A stretch of DNA of 64,000 nt from Halocafeteria seosinensis. Its lineage: Eukaryota. Below the pieces are notes generated by a model. That model was not told the origin of the DNA. It did no database searches and worked only from the letters and a program-made list of their open reading frames with translations. Positions 11,700 to 25,131 of the stretch are shown in pieces. The position numbers and the translations under genes were made by a program. Location of the stretch: contig LVLI01000202.1 in assembly GCA_001687465.1 (NCBI GenBank), positions 124,001 through 188,000 on the forward strand. Direction: 5' to 3'. Position 1 is the stretch's first letter. Each line of letters opens with the position of its first letter.

Positions 11700-14546
11700 A
11701 TGTCGGCTGTTTTGGGGAGATTGCGGTCTCGTACTTGGTTTGGGACAGGTACCAGAAGACCCTCGGAGGATTGCGCCGCAGGATCCAGCCCAGAACCTAG
11801 CACTGCTCGCGTTCGTAAAGCGCACTCATTTTCAGAATGTCTATCGATTGGCGAACAGGAAGCCGATAGCTACAGGATCAATGATACGTACAAAGACACG
11901 GATATTAGAATTAATTCGTCCAAAGTGGTGGTGAGTTCCGAACCAGAGGACTACCACTACGATTCAGAGCAGGACGTTGGTGTCAAGGTTGATCCTTATG
12001 GGTTTAAATTTCATGGGACAAATGAGCAGCTGGAAGAAATGTACCGAAAAAAAGCTGAATGCACTAATATCTGGGAAACAGCTTTTCCCTCAGGAAGTGT
12101 TCCGGACACGACTTGCATTTCAGAGATATTTCTCTTCGCAACCCATTACGGCATCGCAGAAGCCTTTAGGCCTCAGCTATGGATGCAGCTTTCAGGTGCT
12201 GCCGCGCTCCAAGAGAGTATGCCAAATAATTTCTACTCCAGTCTAGTAAATAAATCTTCAAAGGACTTGCCAGAAACAACTTCCCAGCAAATTGAATTGG
12301 TAAGAAAGCAGGCAGCCGGGGATAGGGTAGCTGTTGTGATTACTTATTGCCTGCTGTACAGGACATCCCAAGAACCTTTGGGGATCACGTCTGGTTTACG
12401 AAAAAGAACTTTGGTGCACAAGCAAGCGATGAGCCCAACGCTGGGGTAAGTAAACTGTTCCCCTCTATACCAGGATCCATAGAGTTGTTATGATATTTTT
12501 CCTGTGTGGCTACAGGGAGAAACTGGAGAAGCTACTATTTTGTGTCGCTTGAGGAGAGTGCTTAACGCATTTGCCTTGCTAAATCCTCACGTGGGTTACG
12601 TTCAAAGCATGAACTTCATCGCTGGCTTCGCCTTGGTAGCTCTCACTCTGGGGAATAGGAAAGCATCTGGCATAAATACGGATATTACTGACAGCTCTTC
12701 AACAGGAACTTTCAAAGAAGATGACCTTGCGGAGGAGCAGTCGTTTTGGCTGCTTCATGTGTTGGTTACTCGCTTGTTTCCAGGATTTTACTGCCATGGT
12801 CTGGGGTCTGTAAGGGTGGCCTCCCGAGTGTTCGAAGACTTTTTCGAAGAGCAACAGCCACAATTAAAAGAAGTAATACAGAATGCTGGATTTGGCATTA
12901 CTCTAGTTCTTCCTCGATGGTATCTGTGTTTATTCCTGAACTGTTATTCAGCAAGCGTTACTCTTCATATTTGGGATGTCATCTTCTGCAACGCTGCCGA
13001 GTGTGTTCCTGGTCAGTCAACACTTGGAGATGCCAGTACACGTCATTGTAACGCACTAGGCCCCAAAAATTCGGAAAATCAGAGCATTCATCAGTCACTC
13101 TGCTGCCGTTCAATAAGACTCCTAGTTCAGCTAGCTTTGGCTAGTCTAAAGATATACGAAGAGCGATTTCTAAATTCTCCATCTAATCTGGACGTGGTTG
13201 ACGAGATTCAGAAGCTAGGTGCCGATCTGTCGGATTCCGTGGACCTCGTCAATACGACACTGAGATCGGGATGTTTCATCGATGAAAAAAAATTTCTTCG
13301 TAACTGGTCAGCAGCTGTGGCTTCTGAGGGTATAGAAAGGCCTCGTCCTCCCGGTGGTATATCTGATACTGTGTCACCTAAGTGTCAAGATTCTCCTTCC
13401 CACGAGTCATATGGATCGAAAGGAGGCTGGAGGACTCCTCAGCAGAGCCTCCATTCCCCGGTGTCTGTACCCAGTGCTTCGCCGAACGGGGCTCCCAGCT
13501 CTGGAGAAAGGCGTTCAGGAAGAAGTTATGCCACTCCTGTCAATGATAACCAGATGCGGGATATTGTGGAGAGACTAAGCCCCGTGAAACGGACTCAGTC
13601 GCCACTAGCAAGATCCCCACTTCAGGCTTGCCATACGGAGAACCATCGAGGAACGGTTAAACACTCTCCCATTACTACGAAAGTGGGAAAGTCCGGACGC
13701 GATCCAGTTTACCGACTTGCATTCAGTGACTCGAAGCAGGATCAGAGGATGAGAAAAGCGAAGAGGGACGACATGGGAACAAGAGTCCCAAAACCCGTTA
13801 ACACCCGGCCTGCGGAGCTTGACCATCCTCTTCAGTCTCCAGGGGCAAAATACTACTGCCAGAAACGGCGGACACGTAAAAAACTGGAACTGTCCGTTTC
13901 TTGTATGGCAAAACTAGAGGGGAAGTTCTTCTTTGGGACCGTTTGCCCTGTCTTCGAGAATTACCGTGCTAGCGAGGATGACCAAACGGGGCTTATGTCC
14001 TATATGTCAGAGTTCCCATGCCCCCGCCACGAAACGCGGGGAGTCGCATATCATAAGATTGATAACGATGATAGGAAGAACGCGGAATCCGTCCAGAATA
14101 TCTTCAAGCGGATGATGACACCATTCCGCAAACCGACGCAACCAGCGGGTGACCCGTCGCAGGCGGACCGTCCTCCTTTAATCCAAGCTAGCTCAGCGAA
14201 TGTTAGTAACAGTAGAGGGAAGTTCACGATGGATTCACTAAAAGGAAAGTTGCAGAGCGCCTTTCAGAAAACGTTCGTTCCACGAACCCTTTCCCCGACT
14301 TCTGTTCGCATGCAAGCTTTGGAAGGTTTGCAACAGCAGAGTGAACTTGAGCGTGGCGACAGCGCGAGCGCATGTAGAAGCACGGTAGAGTCAAAGTCAC
14401 AATCAAAATTGAAAAGGGAGGCTTCACCGGAAGGTATAATATTGAGTCCATTGCGAGGCAAAAACACTCAGCATAAACGCAAAGACAAGCATTCATCAAG
14501 TCAACAGCAAACAGTGTGCAATCTTCTCGATGAGTTCAGTCTGTAA
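11700..14546 (+). CDS. TBC-domain Rab GTPase-activating protein
   Basis: DPYGF; GIAEAFRPQLWMQLSGA; IEL|DIPRTF (Arg finger, across an intron); LRRVLNAFA...GYVQSMNFIA (Gln finger); WYLCLF...IWDVIF. Confidence 0.93.
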
Positions 14547-14726
14547 GCGGTAACCTGCCAAGGGTCGGCAGAAAGGGTACAACTGTAATTCCAGTTTGTA
14601 TCGTCACCATATCACGTCTGTGGTTACCAAACAGAAACAGTAGTTGTACTCACACGCAATCGTGAGTGTATGTGCAGAGTGAGTTATCTTATCAATGATA
14701 ATGTGACATTGAGCTAAACGAAACTT

Positions 14727-15344
14727 TTATTTGTAGGGGTCTTGCTGTTTAAATTGACGGAACCACTGGCTCGCCTGCTTGACTTCCATCACCGGAGCTT
14801 CCTGGATTTGGACCACCGACTCCGGCCTCTCTGCGAACTTTCCTGAAAAGATGTGCATCTTGAATATACCATCTGCTTGCTCCCATTGACCAACTGCAGC
14901 CATTATCCAAACGTCTTTGGACTGTTTTCCTAGTGTGTATCGGAAGTCATATGCTCGTTGCAGAGCGTCAAGAGCAACTTCGTCAAATGGGGCCGTACCC
15001 CTCTCGACTACTGATTTGAGAATAATTCCCGTTTGCCCACGCCGCAATATACAGATACAGTCTTCCTCAACTGCTATTTTAACTTCTGGCTCAGTGATGT
15101 AGTAATCGCTAACTACCGCGCGGATTCTGGCCCGCATCGCTTCCTCCAGACCCCCCTTCTCAAGCTCTACTGAGTTAGACAAATACTTCATGGCCTTGGC
15201 AACTGTGGAAAACAATCTCGTCAACGTTTTTGCCTGGTTTTCCCTTGCTGAGTATTTCACGCCTTTTTGTGGAACTTTAACCTTCGTCTCCTTTCGTTTT
15301 AAAGCTGATTTACTAGGCTCGTAACTTCCAAAGCTGTGTTTCAC
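14727..15344 (-). CDS. Hypothetical protein or gene fragment, weak PD-(D/E)xK nuclease-like pattern
   Basis: 205-codon ORF with protein-like composition and no clean start. A further open segment lies upstream at 15720-16060. Confidence 0.4.
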   Translation of the reverse strand: MKHSFGSYEPSKSALKRKETKVKVPQKGVKYSARENQAKTLTRLFSTVAKAMKYLSNSVELEKGGLEEAMRARIRAVVSDYYITEPEVKIAVEEDCICILRRGQTGIILKSVVERGTAPFDEVALDALQRAYDFRYTLGKQSKDVWIMAAVGQWEQADGIFKMHIFSGKFAERPESVVQIQEAPVMEVKQASQWFRQFKQQDPYK

Positions 15345-16423
15345 GTTCGCTGACAGAATTCTTGTCTCAGTGTAATTCCTCCAGACAAGAACCAGACGGG
15401 CTGCGAGGAGGATTGATACAATTCTTGACTAGCACGGTAGAATCGCTGTAAGAATTTACGCCTTAGCCTTTGCAGGATATATGCAACAACATACGGGTAT
15501 TATACTTACGAGTAAACACATGGTTCCACCGAAGCGGCTTTGAACATGCTGTAGGTAAAACCTCTCGCAACATGAGGACCCACATAGAAAATTCAAGTGT
15601 TACTATGTGTATGACACTGTATGATACAATCAGTACCAATGAATTGAGGAACACGCAGCTGTTCACCACTCTTTACTAAACACATATTGTTACACCACTC
15701 TGTAGCCGTGCAACACTAATCAAAGTTCACATGAAGTCACAGCGACTTTTGACTTCAAAGTTTTCAGTGACTGACTGGTGACCATTGAAGCCGTTTTCAT
15801 TGGTTTGAGGAGAAAAGTAGCGTATCGCTTGTTACCAGGCAATGGCGGATGAAAAGCATCAAAAGACAATCCTGTTTCCAAAGTGTTATGGATGATGGCC
15901 TGTTGCTCTCGCATGCTTTCGGTTTTCTCTAAAAGCAGCACCACTAGTTTATTGGGCTTTGTGTTTTCTTTCCGAATGATTTGTTGCTCAATGCGCGTTG
16001 CTGTCTCCAACGTTGCTTTGTTGGGAAATGCTGACTTAGCCGATGCCTGTACTTGCGAGTTGCATCAGAGCTCTACTGCTAGAACCAGAAATCAACCAAA
16101 AACCGGTACAAAGTTAAGTTTTTTAAAGTTAAGGACCTAACTACTCCGGGTACAATACGCACATAAAATTAAGTTAGAACTATCCCAGAAATTTAGGAAA
16201 GGAAAGCTGTCTGGGACTTTTCATGGTGGCGAGGATAGTTATTGAAAACCGCAAAACTTGTTTCTTTTAGACGAACGTCTCAAGTAACTCAAGTTAAGTT
16301 CTCCAGATTGTGAAGCAAAATATGCACATACCATCTGTGGATTCTCAGAGGCTCATGGCTAGTATATGTTGATTTGATGTATTTGTCGATCTTGTATCAT
16401 TTGCTGTAGCCTCTTGTTGTACG

Positions 16424-18141
16424 ATGTCGTCGACAACTACGGGCGCCTATGGAGGGTATCCCTCTCGAAAATGGCAGCCAAAGACCAATGCCAAGCACTG
16501 GTGCACATTTTGTAAGACATGGATCCAGAATGATGCCATGGTACGTCATTTTGCCCTTTTCTGGCGTCTACTGCAAGTGTATTCACCTCTTCGATTGTAA
16601 GTGCAGTCAATAAAACTCCATGAGCGAGGCCAGCGCCATCAAAACAATGTGAAAGAATATAGGAAGCAACAAACAGATGCCAAGAAACAACGTGAACATG
16701 AAGAGTTCGAGACCCGGAAGGAACTCGAAAATATTGAAAAGGTGCGTCGCCAATGTACCAAGGACCTGTTGTGCTCATCACCCGGATTCAATTCGATGGT
16801 CGTCGCTGCAGGCAGCGCAAGCCTCCATGGAGAAATATGCTCCGGCACCTCCGGCTGCAACTGAAGAAGAGCGTAATCAAAAAGAAGGATGGAGTGCAGT
16901 GGCCGGTGACGCTCCTGCGTATATGCAGGATGAACCGCCGCCTCCCCCGGGACCACCACCTCCTGATTTGGTATTCAAACGCCAACAACAGGAAGCAGCC
17001 GCTGCGGCGGTGGCGGAAACCAAACACCCTAAAGAAGCCTACGGATGGCCTTGGCAAAATGATTTTTTGCCCATGATTCCTCCTCCCCCTAAACTGACAA
17101 GGTGGGGATCTGCTGCTGACGGTACCTCGGCGACACAGTACGAGGAAAGGTCTATTGATAATGTAGCATATTACTGTTCAATACCGTACTACCCAGTTTC
17201 AGGAGAATATAAGATTAAAGACCACGTTACCGGTAGCACTATGGTATTCATAGAAGGACCAGAAGCCGAACGCTTAGGCTTTCTAACACCGGGGCTTATA
17301 GTGGAAGCTGCATGGACCCACCTTCTAGATACTTCAGGCCAAAATACTCGGGATATTTGGCATGCTGCCGTGATTCGTGATGTTCTGCGCACAGAAGTGC
17401 CTAATACCGATGTAGTTATAACGAAGTTTGACGTTCTGTTCGCGCGGTATGGGACTATAGGCACTGTGAAGAGTGATGATATACGGATTTTACTTGGCAG
17501 AGTTGAACACGTTGAGCAATTTAGGAATGCAGTCCCGCAGGCAACAACAGAGGCTGTGACTGCTAACCAGGAAGCCACCGTTGCCTCCGAATCACTGGCT
17601 AAAACGGAAGAAGGTCCTAATGAATCTAATGTGCAGACAGAAGGATGGACTACCGTGACCGTGAGAGAGCTCACTAACGATGAACAGAGTAAGGAGGAGG
17701 CCGAGAAGGAGAAGCATCTGGATTTGTTAAATCGTTACGCCGCCGGTGAGGAAAATGTCGACGCGGTGGCAGATAAAGACGCTGAAGAAAAGAAAGAAAA
17801 ATCCAAAACGGATGCCAATATTGAGCAAGATGATGGACACGAAGATGCTAGTTCTGCGTTCAATCCCTTTGGTGGAGATACGTATCGTGGATTTAAGCTT
17901 AATGAGGACTCGCAAGATTTTCGTTTCACTGATAGCACAAAGGATAGTGAAGAAGCTCAAGCAGTAGACTCTACCGCCTCCTCGGATGGCGAAAGTAAGT
18001 AATTCGAAAACAGCATGCTTCATTCTCAAGCACTAGCCTTCAATATGGTATTGGGTTGCAGCCGTAACTTTCAAGAAGAGAAAAGTTTCCGTCAAAGCAA
18101 ATTTACGACAGAAAAAGAGGAAGAAGGCCAGTTTTCTATAG
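16424..18141 (+). CDS. WBP4/FBP21-like spliceosomal protein: U1-type zinc finger, Tudor-like domain, C-terminal FKKRK
   Basis: Spliced HWCTFCKTWIQNDAM|SIKLHERGQRHQNNV (U1/matrin C2H2 finger), Pro-rich linker, last exon VTFKKRKVSVKANLRQKKRKK, stop TAG at 18139-18141. Confidence 0.8.
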
Positions 18142-18212
18142 ACCACAATTGGTCATCTCTGATGTTCGAAGCGCAGCCGGACTAGAAATGAAGGTGTTGA
18201 AGCGCTGAAAGC

Positions 18213-20362
18213 CTATTTAGAGGGTCTTCTCAACGTCCGCGATCTATATATACCATAAATTGCCAAGGCGGTGATACCAAGGGCCGCGACACCAAACAAT
18301 GCGCCCTTAAACGTGTGTACGGGGCCCTTGTTTGATCGATGGTCAAGCGCCCCTTGCTCGCCTGCTTCGCCGGCCAGGTAAAGCAGAGAAGGATCTCGGA
18401 CAGCACCGCGATCCTCTATTGCTTGCATACCCGCGGTGCCTTTCCCAGCAGCCTCGTACTCCCGTAATAACTCCCAAGCTTTGATTCCATCTGCAGTGAA
18501 CTTTTCATTAGAGTTCTGACGCAAGTGCTCAATGTCTTCGTCTGATAACTCCAAAGCCTCGGCAACCTCCTCCGGCTGCAGCGGCTCAAAACCAGCACGT
18601 CGTGACCAGCAGGTGAACGCTCTCAATAAACGGGAGCGACGTACTTGTACCTTAACCAGCTTATCGGTGGTAGCTGTGAAGACGTAAAGCCATGCACGAG
18701 AGTGGCCGTCTTGGTGAGGAAATTGGAAGCAGTACTGAAGTGGGACACCTTCCAGTCCCATCTCTTCAGAGAGTTCCCTGCAAAGCAATGTTGAAATCTT
18801 GAAAAATTCCGGGTAGCCTTTTCAAGGGAAGGAGCCACGAACCTATAGGCGGAATCAACAATTTCTTCTCCTACTGAGATTACTCCCCCCGTCGGAATGT
18901 CTAAGTAACCTGGGCAATAATCTTTATTTAGTGTCCTCCTTTGTACGACGAACTTGCCGTTGGTGCGTCGTATCATCACAGAGGTGGCTCGATGCCAACG
19001 GTTTTCTTTTCGCTGCGTCAGGGATATATACATGTAGATGAATCAGAAAACGATTGTCACTCACATGTTCCTCCTACTAACCATTATCCTTCGCGGAACT
19101 GATCCAATTATTTCATTCTTGTGATTAATGGCGAGAACTTCTTCCTTAGCAGACGCTGCAGCTGCAGCCTCCAGGGTTTCTTGACTGGCGTTGCTCGAAG
19201 CTGTGACAAACTGTTTGGCATAATTATCAGTAGATGAATGTACACTAGGACGAGCTGTGGGGGTTTTCATATCTGCTTCAGGGTCTGCGTAAGAGAGCTC
19301 ATTGTCGCCTGCCCTCAAGGCTCCGAACGGAGGAGAAACGTTATTCTTGTAACGAAAAAAATATTGTAAAGGGTCATCTTCTTTTTCATCACCGGATACC
19401 GTAATAATTCCTGTAGGAGTCCTACCACACCGTCCCCGCTTTTGCAAGTTTTGGGCCAATTGCCAGGGTATGCAGATCTTCGGGTCCGGCTCAAATTTTC
19501 CCCCTAGCAGGTCATCGGCTTTGTTTTTTAAGTCTACCAAAGACTTATCATTACATATAGTGACTGTGGCCACGTTAAACCGTGCCTGATTGGTTATTTG
19601 CTTGTTGATCCTTTGTCTTGCTTCCTCTTCTGCAAAACACGATCACAGAGTCTGTCTGCAGCTTCCAGAATAGCAACCAGATCTTACCACTCAGATTCCG
19701 AGTATCCTTAAGCCGTTCAATTGCTACATCCATTGGAGCGTACACTACCCAAACCTCATCAAAGAGAACGTCCCAGTTGGCCTCTACCAGTACGGCAGCT
19801 TCTACGAACACGGGAGAGATTCCTCTCTCTTTCAAGTCATGCAAGTCTTTCACAAGCCTTTCTTTGATATGAGGCCAAACAATTTGATTCAAGCGGTCGA
19901 GTTTCGCCCGGGAGTCTCCACTAAAGACGGCAGCCGATAAAGCCTGTTGCACCACCAACAGATGCTGAGAATTTACCGGGAGAACTCTGTCCAACGCGTT
20001 TGACGCACCTTCCTGTCTATCTCTCCATCCTGCCCCACGATATCACGGCCGAATTCCTGAACGACTTCGTTAAAGCATGTCGTCCCCGCCGTGTAGCTGT
20101 GAACACCATTTGTTCTCCATCATCAGTCTCGTGGAGGAACCCTTTTGGACGGGGATACCACATACCATTGATGGCCTACTTTGTCAGCATCCAATACATG
20201 GAAGCCGTATTCCTTGAGATACGAACAGAATGCAGACTTCCCCGAAGCGACTGCACACACAGAACGAGAGAGAAGCACCGTAAAATGCCTCTATAGCAGC
20301 TCTGGGTGGTAGAACATACTTCCTCCGGTGATTCCAATGGCTACTGTTTTGTCCGCCGACAT
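18213..20362 (-). CDS. Dephospho-CoA kinase fused to a YfcD/IDI-like Nudix hydrolase with a C-terminal TM anchor
   Basis: IGITGG|IASGKS P-loop, LDADKVGH, LNQIVWPHI, VEAAVLVEANW, FDEVWVV. Then a complete Nudix box GVISVGEEIVDSAYRELSEEMGL and tail GALFGVAALGITALAIYGIYRSR. Confidence 0.88.
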
Positions 20363-20741
20363 GATGCTGCACTCGACTTTTACCGGACGCACTGTCGGGA
20401 TCGTCTTGAGACACTGACTTTGATGATTGATTGGTACAATCCAGCGAATACATCATGCGTTGAAGAAAACTTCGCATCCTGCGGAAAGCATTACGAACTG
20501 ACGTACAACCCCGGGCCGTCGGGTATTCAGTGTGGTCACGTGTGTGTATATTATTGTGGGTCATCTGAGCTGCAGCGTGATCCATTCACACGCGTGTACA
20601 ACAAAACAGCTGTGTAACTGTACACAGGAGTTATTTTATAGCACAGTCCCCTAAAGCGTTACCATAGAGCTCTGGCGAAGCACAGCCGAAGCAGTGCATA
20701 CACAACACCACCAAAGTAACCCTGTACAATTAATGGAGGGC

Positions 20742-23700
20742 TCACTGTATATTCGAGAAGTGTCGAATCAAGCAGAGACTGTGGTGAAATAGGTCCTCTG
20801 TTTTGTCAGATGCTCGACGCTGAGCTTCCTTGAGGCAGGCAGTCGTCATGCGTAACCGCTCCGTGGCGGTAATAATAAACGGATAAACCTTTAACGTCAG
20901 CTGTAGCTGTGCTTGAGTAATCTCAAAGCATTTGAGATGGTGGATTTGCCAAAGGAAATAAACAAGAAGCCTGTACAGATCGTCTAGCCCGGCTTCATCA
21001 GAGCTATCAAGACATAACGAGCGAATCTCGACATCAACCTTTGCCGGAGACAAATCAACCAAGTAGTCCTCGATGGCTTGCAAGCGCGTTTCACCCGAAA
21101 ATGAAGAATGTTCATCATTATCACGATATGCTTGAATGATGCAAAGCGTATCGTCCTCAGTAACGGCGTTGAGTAGTTTCGCAAGTTTGGTCCTGTGTTT
21201 CTTCGTCCCCGGAGACTGCAGTACTCTAGACTTTCCATGCTTACTCTTTGGTTCTTCTTCTTTCGACTTGGCAGAACCGAAGACTTCTTCTTCCGGTGGA
21301 AGGGAGGATGAATTCCAGCCATCCTCCCTAGGCACTTTCTCACTTGACACGTGTTGGTTATCGGAATCTTGTTCGGGCTTGTGTTCTTCGGGAGGAGCAA
21401 ACACTGGATTTATTCCAGCAACCGTTGGCAAGAAGAAGGGGGCTTTCTCTGGCTCTTTTGGAGGCTCCTTTGGCTTATTTCGCTTGGCAATTTCATCCAA
21501 CTTTGATAAATGTTGCCATTGCGAAGACGGTTTTCCTGATAGTATGATAGAATTTCGAACCTTTACCGAGGGTGTTAGACTCGTCTCCGAGACATTAGCA
21601 TTTTCTTCGTCAGCCTCCGAAGTCGCCTCTGTTTGCGCGGCAAACTCCGAGTCCTCTTCATGTTGCGTTCTGGGTAGATCCATGGGAATAGGCTCAGATG
21701 GGACTTTATCCTGGAGAATTTCGGAGAAGTGAGCTTTATTAGACCACATGTAAAGTCCAACGTCATCTGAGTGAGTAGTGATCAAATATTCGTTCGTTGG
21801 GGATACAGTAAGCGACCTCACAGGCTTCTCGAATTTAAGCCAATCAATACACCGCGCAGTAGGAATATCCCAAACTTTGACGCTAGCATCGTGGGATGCC
21901 GATATGAGCCAACGGCCGTCTGCGGAGAATGAAATGTCGGAAACTAGGGCGTCATGACCAGGGAAACGTCTCACTTGACGACGCGTAATTGTATCCACAA
22001 TACGAATACTGAGATCGTCACAGGCCAACCCAAGAAGACCATTACCAGGGTGAAGTTCGATCATAGTTATCGGACTGCCGGTATAAAGTATGTGTGTTAC
22101 CTTATGATCGTTGAATGTCCACCACCTGACTGTACCATCGGCCCCCGAGCTGTACAGCTCATCATTCAATCTCGATACAGCCAAACCCCGGATTTCGCCC
22201 ACGTGCCTCCATGTCGCAAGGTTGGAAGTATTGAAGCCAGCTGTTACAGCATCGATTTCACTCTGGCGTGTGTGATGCTGCGTAGCCCCATCTAAGGATG
22301 AACGTCCAGCCGCAAGCCCTTGAGACGGAGCCTGTACCTCTCGTTCGGAAGGAAGCGTAAAGTCTTTCCCTAAAAGTGATCGCAGCGACCTGTCTACACT
22401 GTCTGGGACCTTCAGCATATCCCGCGGCCCTAATCCTTTTCCAACATCCCTGTTCGGTCTTGGCAGAGGATTTGAGTGGGTCCCACGAAACTTCTTGCCC
22501 TGCATTGCGAGTTTGTTCCACTGGCGACCCATAGGATATTCTCCCCTTGGCGCACCTGACTGCATGTTGAACTTCGCGATGGTTCCAAAACTTCCTCCAA
22601 CTAGCGCAAAGTTCCCGCAACGGCTGATGGCAACAGCGGTTACGTTCTCTTCCGTCGGTCCATTCTTTCGAGACCCATCGCTATCTATAGTTGGGAGAGG
22701 GAGCGCAACGTCCCCGAGAGCTTTTTTCTCGTAGTTCCATACATATGCCTGGTTGTGATTTTTGTGGGCCGTCACTACATCATAATATATGCCATGATGA
22801 CGCTCCGAGCAGGCGAAGGCCACAATAGGAGGAAGTCGGAGCTCATCGGGGTCTTTGTGTAAGCGCTTGGCACGCTTTGCGATAGACTTCTGAGAAAGTT
22901 CTCGATTTTGACGGTCAATAGCGGTGTGGAACATCCGAAAGCTACAATCATCACCTGCAGAAAGGATTTCACAAACTCTGGCATCCGCACCATCGGCAAG
23001 AGTGGCTACCGTATTGCCAGCATAATACGCAATCTGTCGGGGCGGATTCCTGTGGCCTTCCCGGCTGCGAAGTTGCTTTGGTTTAATGTCCAGCGAATCT
23101 AAAGTCCACATTTTTATTGAGTTGTCAGTTCCAACAGTGACGAACGACGTTTGTCGGGGTAAAAACCAGGCTGCACAAACATTCCCTTTATGAGCAAACG
23201 CATCGACATAATGCAGCGCTTTTTCCTTTAGATCCCAAAGAGCAAAAGCACCCTCATCTGTAGCTGAGAGCAAAAGCGGCTTCTGCATCGGGTCTGTGCA
23301 AAATGACAGGGTCGAGATCGCTCCAGCCGCTGAGAGGGTATCAGCGGCGGAATGCACAAAGCTTGTTAAATGTTCATCTTTCTTGATATCGTGTAAAACA
23401 ATACGGCCATCAGAGAGTCCAAAAGCAAACACGTCCACCGCGGGAGACTGCTCAATAGAAGTAATCCCTACACGAGCAGAGCCTGAGAACTTTGATGTAC
23501 CGGTTATCCGGCGCCGCTTTCCCCCAGACTCAGATTTGTCCTTTCCCAGCTCTCCTCCTGTACTTCCAGTGAAGTTTTCTGAACTATATATAAGCTTTTT
23601 TGTATTAAAATTAACAATGTACCATGCACCAGCATCGGTTGCGATGAGCAATTTGTTCAAGTAGGTAGCTGGGTGGACTACCACAGTCGGGAGCCCCGCG

Positions 23701-24428
23701 AGGTGGAGGGGCATTTCAGCTATGATACTACCATTTGGCCATGCTCTCAGGAACGCTTCTCTTCCTTGAACGAACACAGCGTTAATGTCAACAACGCGGA
23801 GAAAACCTGTTTCGTGCACGAGAGCGATGTACGACCCCATTTCTGTCACACACACCACCGTTCCTTCGTCCGGTTCTACAAACTCTCCCAGCTGTTAGCG
23901 CACGTTCCAAGCAGAAAAAAAAAACATGAATATTTAAGTGACGCCAAGTTTCGTCTCCTTATGAGGGGACAAAGCTACGTACTTTAGTCACACGATGCCA
24001 TACCATGACTCGGTCGCCTGAGGTGGTGACTGTCAACTCCTTGTGCGCTGCAACGTTACTGTACAAATCAACAAGCAAGCAAAATAGGAGCGTTAAGACG
24101 AATCCTAAGGCATAGAATTCTTTACTTAAGGAGCTTCATACTTGATGGGATGCTCTCCTGGAGGTGATACCAGGGATAGAGAGAGTCTGGCGCAGTTGTA
24201 GACATGGAATGCTTTCCCTATCGGTACCGTCATAAAGTTTTCCGAGCCTAGTGTTTGCAGTATAGGTTTGGGCGTCCATGCGCCTCCTCTAACATTGACA
24301 TTGCGCTTGTGCGAACCATGTTTGGAGCTGTCATCCTGGTTTGGTTCACATGTGGACGACACCAAAGCTGGGGTGTCAGTGGGCGCTACCACTCCTACTG
24401 CACGATACGGGTCAAAAAGAAGACTCAT
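20742..24428 (-). CDS. UTP21: U3 snoRNA-associated WD40 protein Utp21/WDR36
   Basis: N-terminus LFDPYRAVG; HPATYLNKLL; REGHRNPP; ELSQ; CGNFA; VRRFPGH...FSADGRWL...KVWDIPT; NKPKEPPKEPEKAPFFLPT; C-terminal Utp21 domain (LSPAKVDVEIRSL). Confidence 0.95.
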
Positions 24429-24696
24429 TGCCTTTGAATAACGTCAAGTAGAGCGGTTGACGTCGGAAATGGATCAGACATCCTACAACCCCGTCCATAT
24501 TTCGCTTCTATGACTTGTAATTCTTCGCCGACTCTAGCGAGTCGCTCAACCAGACAAACTTTTGTTTCACTTTGCTGACCTCGGGGTATGTGGCCAACGC
24601 TTCTGACGTTGTCGCTGCCGCGGGCCAGGAGTAAGACTCAAACTAGCGTTTGAGCCGTGCTCCAATGTATGGTGCGACCCACGGCCCATCGAGGCG

Positions 24697-25131
24697 GTGC
24701 CTGACGACGGTGTGGCCCAGAATCCCTACTCTTGTTTATCGAACGACGACAAGCAGCGTCTACATCGATGGTGTGATCCCGATCTCGATTATTGCACCAA
24801 AACGCCTTTGCTATTTACCGTGAATGAAGAATGCCACTCCAGTTGGGGACCCATGCACGTGCGAGCTCACCGGTACTTTACTCTCTGTCGACGACATATG
24901 AATGATCGTGTCCTGAATGCGCAATTCTGGAGACACGTGTCCAATGTTTTTATCTACACGTCCTACATTTATTTGCGCAATGTAAAAGGCGAGTCCATTC
25001 CACAACCATTCGGGCGCCCCGAGAACGATACGTCTGTTGCGATTGACGCCACAAATGGCCACTGCTTGAACATGCGGAAATTCAAGCCCTACAGTGACTG
25101 CCTCGGAGTTCGCCGAAATACCGTAGTGTAG
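24697..25131 (+). other. Protein-like open frame without a clear start; possible gene remnant
   Basis: 144-codon ORF, open from about 24610, with no in-frame start or clean splice upstream. No family recognised. Confidence 0.25.

Noticed and set aside
16105..16300. Recurrent AAGTTAAG motif
   Set aside because: Short AT-rich words in an AT-rich intergenic stretch; significance cannot be judged by eye.
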